From: Magallana gigas
Lineage: Eukaryota
DNA: 64,000 bases
Direction: 5' to 3'
Assembly (NCBI RefSeq): GCF_963853765.1
Contig: NC_088856.1
Coordinates: 6,262,001 to 6,326,000 of the forward strand
Below the pieces are notes generated by a model. The model saw only the letters and a program-made list of their open reading frames with translations, did no database searches and had not been told where the DNA came from. Shown here in pieces: positions 53,065-64,000 of the stretch (its first letter is position 1; every line of letters starts with the position of its first letter). The position numbers were made by a program, and so were the translations under genes.

Positions 53065-54214
53065 ATTGTGCTGTACAAGTTAACATGCAAATTCAGAGGA
53101 CGTTCATTGCTCTTTAGAAAATTGCATTTTAGTTGAATGCAGCGAAACTTCCAAATGTTTTAATCAGGAGATGGTTACCAAGAAGTTGCCTGGTAAGTGT
53201 ATATGAATCAACTATGAAGGTAAATAATTGCCTACAAAATTGTTGTTTTTTTTGGGGAATCTTGCAAAATGTTTCCATCTGATTTGAAAATTACGCAAGA
53301 CAGTCCAGCAGGAAATGGCCTAACCATACTAAAACAAAACCATTGTGACGACCGCTGAGACAGACGATCTCCGGAGTGTTGCTCCCGGGGCTTCCTAGAC
53401 TGACATGGGAAAGTCGACACCTGCTTCCGGTCAGGATTAGAAAGCTGACTGCAATTCATATCCTTCATTTTGTGTTCTATTATACAGCAGAAATATTAAA
53501 GACGCGAGGCATCAAATGGTATTGATTGTAAAAACAGAAATTTCACAACGTTGCTTTTTGAAATAAAATGCCACCGGGAAACGAGTGTCTAATTATTTTT
53601 ATGAAAAAGAAATCTTCATCGATTTTTGGCTGATTGATACGGAGTTACACGCAGACTTCAAGGACTACTGTTGTTTGATTCTGTCTTCCGTTGATGTCTT
53701 TCGGCGGCGTATAATTATGCGTATTCTTTAATTTGATTATTGACATGGCTTTTTGACAGTCTACATTTCAAAATTTGGAATACATATTGATATCATTCAT
53801 TGTTGTGTTTAAAAATAATTTTAAGTTACATTTGATGATCAATACATTGATGCCTTTTGTTATAGTTTTTCCTTTGCCAAGAAGACAAATTGATCCGCCG
53901 TTTTTAATTTCAGATAGAAATGGTAACAGATATGAACATGACAAGGAAAACATAAAAAAATTCAATAGCTAAAATTATTTGTTACAAAAAATTTGACGCT
54001 ATACCTACGAGTATATTATGAATTTTTAATTTTGATAAAAAAAAATCTGGACCTCAAGATACACACCAACAATGCATTCAAAAACCACTGAAATATGTTA
54101 TCATGAATTGTATATGTTATCATAATTAAAACAGTTTCCTCTAATGTATATCAAATAGGAAAATAAAAACAATTGCATATGAATTGCATGAGTATTTTCC
54201 GGGATACTAGTATA

Positions 54215-54383
54215 NNNNNNNNNNNNNNNNNNNNNNNNNNNNNNNNNNNNNNNNNNNNNNNNNNNNNNNNNNNNNNNNNNNNNNNNNNNNNNNNNNNNNN
54301 NNNNNNNNNNNNNNNNNNNNNNNNNNNNNNNNNNNNNNNNNNNNNNNNNNNNNNNNNNNNNNNNNNNNNNNNNNNNNNNNNNN
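54215..54383. other. Assembly gap (N run)
   Basis: 169 N. Confidence 1.
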
Positions 54384-55059
54384 ATATATTATCAAATATT
54401 AGCTACATTTCAATATATACACGCATTGAAGTAATAAAAAATCACTAACAATCAAAATGAACAAAATACATGTACTTGTAATTTATGACCCAGATTAAAA
54501 AAGAATATAGTATAATTAATAAAAGAAAATTTATAAAATTGTTTCCAAATCATGTATAGTTCTATTTTAACAATGCTAATGAAACCTGGATAAAATCTAA
54601 ATAGGAGCATGTAGATGATAACATAAGATTTATAAATACATGTAATTGTCATTTCGCAAGCATACACCGTGTTTGTTTGTTTTAGATAAATGAAATATTC
54701 AGAGGTAGATCCAACTACACTCAATATTCAATAATGCCGAAAAACAAGTTTTCTCATTATTAAAAGTTGTCGATAATTTTGATAACAAATCGACAATAAT
54801 CAAAATACGACATTTGACTTTCATGATTTTAAGTTAGGGTTTGTATCAACTGATACACATGAGTGATGAATCATTATACTAAGAATGCGTTGTGTAATTG
54901 ATCAGAATATACAAAATTACGTTTGATAATCTACAAACTGAAATACTGCTGATGATTAAAAGTAATGATATATCAGTGAGTAAAACAAGTGTACAATTTA
55001 AAGCCAAACAAATGTACAAAGTACTAGTATATGTAAATTTATATTTTTTAAAACCATTT

Positions 55060-56088
55060 TTATTCAGGTGAATAGCTACTAAAGTGCTCCCTTAGCATTT
55101 TAGTTAATCCACAATATCTATATTTTTCAGCGAGTTGTAAGGCAGTTTCTCCAGAGTAACTCGTTTCAGTCAAACTAATGTTTTCCAAGTCCAACACGCA
55201 CTCCAATAATTCTTCGCTGTTCTTTTCTACGGCATAATGGAGAATTGTAAAGTGATACATCCCATCCTTTGCATTGACATCAACGCCAATGTTAGCTAGC
55301 AGTTTAACCATATCAAAATGGAGGTTAACTGCGGCTAAATGTAAACAGTTGACGCCCTCAAAGTTCCTAGCGTCCAGTGATCTTAGGACAGCCTGTCTAT
55401 TTGCGTTGCTGTGGATGACTTTTATGATATCTATATAACCTTCTCTACATGCTATGTGTAGAGGCGTTTCCCCTCGGTTATCACATTGAGTTATATCCGC
55501 TTTTTCTTTAACTAGAAGGTGAACTATTTCGACCATTTTCAATAGTGTCGCCACGTGGAGCACCGTCTGTAAGTTTCCATTCGGAAGATTCAGACGTTCT
55601 CTGTCGTCGTCTGCTATGTTTCTGATAAGAGACGCGGCCCGCTCGATTTGATTCTGCCATAGTGCTTCAAGAAGCTGTGAGTTGTTGGTTTTTTTCGGAT
55701 AACTTAAACTTGTCCCTTCTTCCTCCCTGCGCCCATGACCTAATGGTCCATGACCTAATGAACGATGACACTGACCCCTAGAAAGGTCAAGACTTTGTAA
55801 CGGTTGACTGATTCCAGGACTGACTGGTGTATCCCGAGTCTCACGTGGCATAAAGCTCGAGTGAGATGAGCGGGAGTAAAAGTCATCCCCAGTCACACTC
55901 GGCTTGGACAAACTTAAGTCTGAGTAGGGCCACTCTTGCAGTGAAGAGTTGTAGCCATCTTTCACACTCTGGTGTAAACTAATGGCGGAGAAGTACCCGG
56001 ATTCTCCTTCCGTGTTTACCGGACAACAGTCTTCTTCTAGGCTCAAGCAATTCTCGTCCAAATTGCTCACGTCCAGCTTTTCGTCCAT
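55060..56088 (-). CDS. IkB: NF-kappa-B inhibitor (IkB/cactus family), 342 aa, single coding exon
   Basis: ATG at 56088 in good context (ATCATGG); the track ORF starts at an upstream TTG. N-terminal ESGYFS degron-like motif. Six ankyrin repeats with IkB-type signatures LNLPNGNLQTVLHVA, RGETPLHIAC, RNFEGVNCLHLA, TILHYAVE, SYSGETALQLA. Confidence 0.88.
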   Translation of the reverse strand: MDEKLDVSNLDENCLSLEEDCCPVNTEGESGYFSAISLHQSVKDGYNSSLQEWPYSDLSLSKPSVTGDDFYSRSSHSSFMPRETRDTPVSPGISQPLQSLDLSRGQCHRSLGHGPLGHGRREEEGTSLSYPKKTNNSQLLEALWQNQIERAASLIRNIADDDRERLNLPNGNLQTVLHVATLLKMVEIVHLLVKEKADITQCDNRGETPLHIACREGYIDIIKVIHSNANRQAVLRSLDARNFEGVNCLHLAAVNLHFDMVKLLANIGVDVNAKDGMYHFTILHYAVEKNSEELLECVLDLENISLTETSYSGETALQLAEKYRYCGLTKMLREHFSSYSPE

Positions 56089-56447
56089 GATCTTCAAGAA
56101 AAACCTGTTTGTTCATTAAGACGATAAATGATCTAAAACACAAAAATTCATCTGAAAAACCCAACATACCATTAAAAAAAAATTCTTTTGTAGATATATC
56201 GTGCCGCTTTAAATTTAACTGAAAATTTTCACCTTAAAATAGATAGGCATAATTGGATTTTCTACTTTCGTTTTGGACACATGTTAAAACAACTGTTATT
56301 TTTGGCACGTGTAAATCTCTTAATGAATAAACTGTAATACTACAAGTTCACGTTTTTTTTATTCAATTCAAAATTTGAAAGAAACTATAAAAGTTTAAAA
56401 ATAAATTACAGGCTGACTACCGGCATTAATATAACGTTAATATTATT

Positions 56448-56650
56448 GCATAATATTCTATGGTGATAACATGTTCGCGGTCTAAGTATAGAAGATACTA
56501 TATCAAGATAAGTTTTTGGATTTTACATAACTATTTGTAAACCTTTATCGCATAATATTCTATGGCGATAACATGTTCTAAATACATATGATACTACATA
56601 TGTGTATTAAGCTAAGTTTTTTTTGATTTAACATACTCTAATTGTAAACC
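56448..56650. repeat. Diverged tandem duplication, about 101-bp unit
   Basis: GCATAATATTCTATGG(T/C)GATAACATGTTC at about 56448 and 56550, followed by collinear GATACTA, AAGTTTTT and TTGTAAACC. Confidence 0.8.
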
Positions 56651-56683
56651 GGGTACTTTGTCTTAAAGCTGAAGTTTCCTCCA

Positions 56684-56686
<3 letters not shown>

Positions 56687-56765
<79 letters not shown>
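56687..56765. repeat. (AT)n microsatellite
   Basis: About 39 units visible. Confidence 0.97.
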
Positions 56766-56767
<2 letters not shown>

Positions 56768-57400
56768 GTACAGCTGCAGTGTACATATGTAGATATAAAC
56801 AATTTTTTAAAATAGCATTTTATAAGATCAAAAATATTTAGTAGGAAAATGAGTTTTGTTATGTCCCTACATGTAGTTACGCATGTTTTCTAGCTTCGGT
56901 TTGAGGGATTTGAACTTTCCAGCGTATGAAACCACCAGTTAGTGATTTATTGCTACACAAATACATCTATTAAAAAAAATTGAATATCTTACTAACAAGC
57001 GAGACGCTAAGGTATTTAAACATTGAGAAATTAAAAACATTATTCATTTTGAAAAAAATTCTGATGAATTGTTTTCTCATGCATCTTAACAGTCGTCTTA
57101 ACCTCCTATTTATCCAAAGGGATGATAATCTTTTTTTTCAGATCATTTTCCTCATTTTGTTGTCAGTTTTAATCCTGCTATAAACCAGGAAAAAATCATT
57201 TATCAAAGATATCGTGAATTCATTCGATTCAATCCTTTAATAAAAATCAAAGACAAATTAGTATCTCCGATTCTAGTATCAATGAGATTAACATGCTCTT
57301 TGCCAATTGTTTGGGTCCAGAATTCAACTTCAATCATTCAAACTTTGATCCATAGCGGTTTTAATTCTCAGTCATACTACAAAGGGAGACATCGAAACGG

Positions 57401-57636
57401 TGGAATTCCCGATATATATGCATTCATACCTTTCGTCCAAGATCATGTTTCATCCATCGAAGATTTATTGAAATGATAGCGATGCTTTAAGTGATGTATG
57501 TGCACTTAATACTATGTTAAACAGGGTCACTTCCTGTATTCAGGATAGAGTACTATACATTCACAGGAAATAGTACATAATTAACATAGATATTTATCAT
57601 ATCGATTCGACGAGGGTTTTTCCTCACATTTATATA
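57401..57636 (-). promoter_or_regulatory. Putative IkB promoter / first non-coding exon with kB and ETS motifs
   Basis: GGGAATTCCA (minus, 57410-57401); donor AAG|GTATGA (exon end 57430); ETS cores ACAGGAAGT (57529-57537) and ACAGGAAAT (57563-57571); GGGTTTTTCC (57614-57623); TATATAAAT (minus, 57636-57628). Confidence 0.4.
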
Positions 57637-58338
57637 AAAAATCAAACATTGTTTACTCATAACATACAGACACACAAATAATACATGATTTAGAATTTTC
57701 ACACAGTTTGAGTTCAGTTTAAGAAATGTGTAATCTGTTCTAATTATAAATAGTGGAGTAAAATACATGTTCAAATTTCATAGTTTGAATAAGGATTATT
57801 TCGATTGTTTAAAATGAATATTATGAGCTTTTTCTGTTTTGTGACATTTCGTTTATATACAATGAGCTGACAAATGTATACATATAAGGAATGGTAATTC
57901 CATTTTGATTCACTTTTCATTGTAGTATGTATTTTTACTTATGATTAAAAATAGTAATACAAGTAAAAGATACATACGTGTAGAACTGTAAGCGTCATTG
58001 TGAAACTGTTTAGTGCGCCAGTGCTGCTCACACTTTTAAAATACGAAAAATTGTCAGCAGAAATTCTTTTATACAGTAGAGACAAAAAGTTCCAAATCTT
58101 AATGTTTTCTTGTTAAATGAAAAGTCACACAAAATGACCTCGTAAACGTAAAAAGTCTAATTGTAGTAACGTTGGAGGTTGAACTTTGCATTGGTCCAGT
58201 AATTTTTGTACAAGTTGGCACAGAAAATCCACTTATTATTCCCAAACAAATATTTTAAAATTTATATCCAATGGAATTTTTGTAGAAATTAATGCAGACA
58301 AAATTTTTCACCGTTAGTTCAACCTTAGGCGTCATAAA

Positions 58339-58685
58339 CCCCGAAAAGTAAAGCTATAGACAAAAATAGTATAAATAAAAATAATTATGTGCTTCCTAAT
58401 ACTTAAAACAGTCTCATGGAATATTACTGCAGACGTAAATACTGACAAGAAAAATATTCAAGGCATTGAAATTCCACCGAAAGCGCTATTACAGACAAGA
58501 ATAGTCCCAAAAGTATAATTGTATCTGTGTATAGTACCAATAAAGTACTACTGAAGTTTACTTATAACAAAATTCCGAAAAGTATCAATATAGATAGAAG
58601 TGGTCCCAAAATTATAACTAAGGACGCATAAAATCCCAAATGTATTTTTGAATACAAATTGAATTGTCCAGTTCCCCCCAAAGTA
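58339..58685. repeat. Highly degenerate satellite-like array with recurring CC(C/G)AAAAGTA motif
   Basis: Variants near 58339, 58506, 58574, 58604, 58634 and 58676. Confidence 0.45.
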
Positions 58686-60618
58686 CTTTAATATTTTTAA
58701 AATATCTCGCGGAGCATTTGTATAGAGTTGACAGGAAGCGAAACGACAAAGTTGTTATAGATAAAATCATAATTCAACGCGTTTCATTGTAACGAAAACA
58801 TATATTTTATCAAGAGGAAGCATAGATGATTGAGAAAAGGAAAACCTTGAATGTTAAATTTGGTAGGAAAAAGAATGAGGAAACTGAATGACAGCAAAAA
58901 AAGTGCTGACTCGATAAAAACATCACTCATAAAAACAAGGATGCAATTTTTCAATATGTTTAACAAGTTAGGGGCACTTTTCATGTGAATGAATACAACA
59001 AGTGCGATATTAAAAAAATTGTATAACGGTAGTAAATTCTCGAAATAATGAAATGCGCAATCAATTACAGTATTACAGAATTTTTAAAAAGCAAATAAAA
59101 TTTGTCATATATAAATTGGATAAAATGTATTAAAGAATCTAAGTTTTTTTTAAAAGGACAGTACGTGTATCACGCTAAAATTCATGATTGTGAAATAAAT
59201 AACTTTCCGCGAGAACGACTTTATTCATAAATTAAATATGACAGAAATATAAAGTTGATTAAAGTTGAACAAAGTGGATTATTCCTTATCTGATTTTTCT
59301 CTGTTTATTATAGCGCAGGAAGCTATCATTTTACTAAGTGGCAAATGACTGATCGTTTTCCACATAATTTTTATATTCTATTTCATCGAGTTCAATCGTA
59401 CTCTTTTAAAAATAGAGAAGACTGTATACCTCTTTTTCAGAAGCCTAATAATTAATAACTGAGGCCAATGGGTCAAATTTGATCTTGATTTTAATCAGTC
59501 TAGCCCTTATTCAATATCTGCTGCTTATTAATTGGAGAAAACAGTTGATCAACAGATATCGCGAAGTAATTACCAAACATTATGGGAAATAATTCAGTGT
59601 GTCTGATCTGTGAAAAGTATCATTCATATCTCTTGGTAATAGATATTCAAGATCCAAAAAGGCGAGATCTGTGAAAGACTTTCTGGTCGTAAAGAAATCT
59701 TTGTCGCCATTCTGAACAAAACTAATGAACTGACACCAGTTGAAAATGAATAGCGGACGTTTATATTGATACTCATTTAGCGGACCTGTGTGAAAACAGT
59801 GTCTAGTATTGGGTTACAATTCTATGCACTTCACATATCGACAATCTGGAAACGATAGCCAATGATACTAATAAGTTTTCATTAAATCGCCTAAGTAGAC
59901 TAATCCGCAGAGATTAGCAGGTACCCGGACCGTATAATGTTTCTTTATCTCTACCATCAGATCTACGAGCTCATTGGAGGGATTAAAAGATCTCCGTGAA
60001 TGACGTATCAGGAGTGACTTCTCCAATATACTTATACACATGCGTATTTTTAGAATGTTTTTTTTTTAATGTTAAATGGTATCGTAACGATAATATTTTT
60101 TTATCAATTGAATAAAATATATATTTAACTTTTTCAAGTAAAACTTAAAATTTTGCGTAAGATATGATTATGTATTTGTGAAAAAAAGATTGGAATGTTT
60201 CAATTTTATGTTTTTAGAATAAGGCGTGTTTTGTTTGTATTTTCTTTACACAATGTGATTTTTCACATACACTACTAAATTGAATATCAACGACAAATTA
60301 ATATATATTTACATGTATACAAGCTCAAAGTAATTGTTCAAAGACAGACAGTACATCTAAGAAAAATATGTTACCAGATATTTACATTAAAACTTACTGC
60401 CTTCTTTTTATGCAATGCAAAACCCTTTTCCATTATATTTTTATAAATTGCATCTCTATACCCCGTCTTTTGCACAACTCAAACTTTGAAACTGCTAAAG
60501 TAATACAATAGACGGTTTCCGGACGGTTGGTTATAGTACATGTATGAGTAGTTATACTAGAGGATCCCGTCAACAGGGGTTAATCAGTCGAGTGACATTT
60601 AGACAGGTCCTTCACACA

Positions 60619-60890
60619 CGCACTAATGAAACAATTAAGTTGCGACCTGCACTTTAATGCGGTCATAGGTGAAGACATAAAGAAAAAGGTACACACTTGA
60701 ATCACAAAAGTTTTAGCTAGGCTGATATGCAGGACAAACTGCAGACTTTGCGTGTCCTTATCAAACACACTAATGAAACAATTAAGTTGCGACCTGCACT
60801 TTAATGCTGTCATTGGTGAAGACATAAAGAAAAAGGTACACACTTGAATCACAGAAGTTTAGGTCGCCTGATCTACAGGACAAACTGCAG
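60619..60890. repeat. 147-bp tandem duplication (about 1.9 copies)
   Basis: CACTAATGAAACAATTAAGTTGCGACC... at 60621 and 60768; about 90 bp nearly identical, the remainder diverged. Confidence 0.9.
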
Positions 60891-63293
60891 GTTGTGCGTC
60901 GTTCAGCATTGCCTGTGGGGATATCTTTTCACAATTTCATCTCCTTAGTTCTCTCCATCTCTGGAACCATATTGTTAAAATGAACACTGATTGGTCAAAA
61001 TGAAAATGTAAGTTTGCAACACCTTACTTTCAAACAAGGAAACATCAAAGGATATCATGAATATAGATACAAAATTTTGTTTATAAAACAATGTACTAGT
61101 ATTTTTAGTACCAGTAGGATGAATATTTTTAAAGCAAATGGCTTTGTTTAGGCAACAGATGATTTCATTTGCCGACATTTTTTTCACATTATACTCTCAT
61201 AAAACAACATTACAAATGTTTTCAATATTACGACTATATTTTGATTTTTTTTTCTGGTTAACCTGTGTACTGTATGGTATTACAAGTAAACAAAGACCCC
61301 CCTGTCGGGACACGGGATAATTTGTTAGGAGTTGCGTAGCGAGTGGATACACCTAATTAACGAAAATCGCCAGAACTTTCGTATTGCGTGCGACACCTTA
61401 TTATTATGCATGCAACGTGTGGTTTGTTTGGTTTTTTTTAAATAACGAGAATGGAATTGACTTTCTACTGAATGTATTTCATATATTTAATTTGAATAGC
61501 AGAAAATTATAATAGTAAGGATTCACTGATTTTGTATTGTTTGGTTAAATGGCTAGTCACATTCCATTAACTTATTCACCTATACGACAAATCCACAATA
61601 ATTGTATGGGTGCCTGGTACAGCTGTTTAACGGCATTTTGTACATAACGTCTAGAATCACCGAGAAAATTTTCTTAAGAAGACCTTTTCGTCCTTAGCGC
61701 ATCTCATGTGCATGATAAGGGATTTTGTTTGAATTAACAATGATCTCACGTTGTTTCTTTAATGATGCTATTGAGCGTGTTTTAAGTCAAATTCATATGT
61801 TAATCTACAAAAATATTGTTGTTCTCCTTTCACAATATCTGGTCACAACCCATTACATCTTGTCCTCTTGCATTGCGACAACCCCAAGGAGCAGCTAATC
61901 TCAATCGAGAGTGGGGGTAACATTAGGTGATATTTCATACCTTTTTGAAGATTTGTGCTCATGATAAGCGAGAATTTTGGTAGATATTTATTGCGATACG
62001 TAGCCATTCAGAGGCCCTGTCACCTCAGTTTCTCTAATGCTTCTATTATCACCAGATTAACACTGTCAACGAGATTTTAAAAAATTAAGCAAGTGCTTTT
62101 TGAAAGTCAAATAGATAGCTTACTTTTTGGCAGTAAATCAATCTAATTTCAAATTTAGACGATTAGAGTTCTGCATGTTTAAATTAAAACGTTTCAACCA
62201 AGTTCAAAAGGGGCTTTCATCTCAAGATTTCGCCTCGGGGAATTTTTAATGAGATTTAAGAGTTTGATCCCAGCGGATTATCTACAAATTAGGTTAGGTC
62301 AAAGAATTAACCTATTTGTGTTGAATTCAAAACTTAAATCGAACTTAAAACTCCAATTTGTTATGCCACCATTTAATTTCATCAACATTTATACATTTTT
62401 GTTACTTTGTTTACACTCGTTTGATGAAGGAAAGACCACACGTGCACCTTTTAACAGTACAAACATTCAGCAAAAAGAGTACATAGATTTTATCTCAGAT
62501 CCAGTCGTCTGCACTCTGTTACTCCAAGCTTTCCGGGACCTCACCGGTGCATCATTTGTTTCACCAACAAGCAAGACATTTAAAACTTCATAGATCCCGA
62601 TGATGACGTCATTACTGTACACCTGGCCCTGGCTGTCTTTACACCTTGAGTACCTGGGTACTTTGGAGCCTGCTTCGTGCCGTGTAGACATTGAGACCCG
62701 GTCTCGTCCTTGTCAAGGACTGTTTCACGCACTTTACCCAACCCCTTGATCAATTAGTAGCCTCTCAAAACGACAGCAAATTTATTCCAAGTTTTACAAT
62801 CACAAATTATATTATAAAAACTTGAATTTAATTACCTAGCTTATTTGATACAAAACAGAAGATGTAGCCTTTGTAATTCAAGGATGGAAAGATATGAGGT
62901 TACGTAACAATTTCAATGCGACAAGGCCTACCATTTACAAAACACTGACAATTGAAGATTTAATGTTACCTAATACCCGATGATTTGCATTTTCATTAAT
63001 TTCAAGTTTTTTTTAATTAATCGGTGCGTTTGGATTTGCATTGCAATTTTATCTCAATCTTCACGCGATTTTTTGAAGATTGTGTAACCATAATAATTAT
63101 TTTATCGGAATGAAAATTACAAACGAATAATAATCTGTACACAGAGATACGATCGCCTAACCTAATCGTCTTTATAAGCTTCAAACAATTATTTTATAAT
63201 TGGAGTAAAATTACTTAATTTTACCTTACTTAATTTAAATTTCTTTTGATTATTTAAAATTTACTATTAAGATCAAATGATATGCTTTAATTT

Positions 63294-63296
<3 letters not shown>

Positions 63297-63355
<59 letters not shown>
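63297..63355. repeat. (GA)n microsatellite
   Basis: About 29 units visible. Confidence 0.97.
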
Positions 63356-63357
<2 letters not shown>

Positions 63358-64000
63358 TAATGCATTTTACATGTAGATCCACCATGCACCGAAGTCAGTA
63401 AAAGTATACTAAGTAGTACATGTACAAGGAAGACTGTATGGCAAGTTACCTGTACTTTAGTCTCCATTGGATGTGACCCCAATTAGTACCGTGGACCCTC
63501 CCACCCCTGCTTATTTCCCGTGCTGGGTACCCACTAATTGGCTGTCGTATCGAGTGAAGAATACCTCCACGTCGTACGCTGGTTTAATGATGGCCAAAAA
63601 AAAAAAGTCATCATGCAAACGGTGTAATGAATATAAAACCCATTACCAAAAATATGAATTCTAGTTCGCTCAACGATATTCCTTTCCACCCTGGTCCGCT
63701 CCACCCACCATTATAGCGGGCTTCTACTCTGTTGTAGCTAGCGTATTGCTTCCGACATAATGGAGTAAACCTCCATTGAACAAACGAACCGGGTCTATTT
63801 TATTTGATCTTTTATATTTGAAATCCAACCCAGCTCTCAGACACGGTGTGACCTGAGGGTAACCTCACCGAGTGCAATAAACCACTTCAGAACTAATCAT
63901 GTTTGGGTAATTGTTGTAAAAATTACACTTTCTTGAACTTATTGATATGGGCTAAGAGAGGCAAAACTGTACTCTGAACCCCAAAACTGTACCCACACAG

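Noticed and set aside
5187-54448. ORFs spanning the N gaps (5.2, 52.9 and 54.2 kb) and frames over microsatellites
   Set aside because: Artefacts of N runs or simple repeats.
59582-59920. Possible TRIM/B-box coiled-coil relic with recurring ATCTGTGAAA
   Set aside because: The Cys/His pattern is incomplete and several frameshifts are needed.
1-64000. CRISPR array, rRNA, prokaryotic operons
   Set aside because: No regularly spaced repeat-spacer array or rRNA-like sequence was seen; the gene structure is spliceosomal.

Overview
AT-rich, intron-containing animal genomic DNA with three sized N-gaps. It is probably from a bivalve mollusc, oyster-like; this is an inference from composition, abundant TACATGTA, (GA)n tracts and gene content. 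Two genes are well supported. (1) A + strand, 11-exon model at 20249-45216 (about 1050-1150 aa depending on splice choices). It has an MGxxxS N-terminus, long low-complexity and helical regions, and a C-terminal KY/hillarin/Cyk3-type transglutaminase-like domain whose catalytic Cys appears lost. A TATA-driven internal first exon may make a short domain-only isoform, or mark a separate second gene. (2) A convergent - strand IkB/cactus-family gene with an intronless CDS at 55060-56088: six ankyrin repeats, an ESGYFS degron variant, no acidic PEST tail, and an upstream kB/ETS motif cluster. Mobile DNA comprises an intact 323-bp MITE with 57-bp TIRs and a 10-bp TSD, a decayed solo LINE ORF1 and a tRNA-headed SINE. 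There is also a candidate frameshifted gene for a small secreted Cys-rich peptide (18.3-19.0 kb), several unassigned exon-like or decayed coding blocks, and microsatellites. Most short ORFs in the supplied track are chance frames. I found no CRISPR array, rRNA or intact tRNA. I cannot support a claim of a wholly new system; the findings are leads, all from manual reading without database searches.
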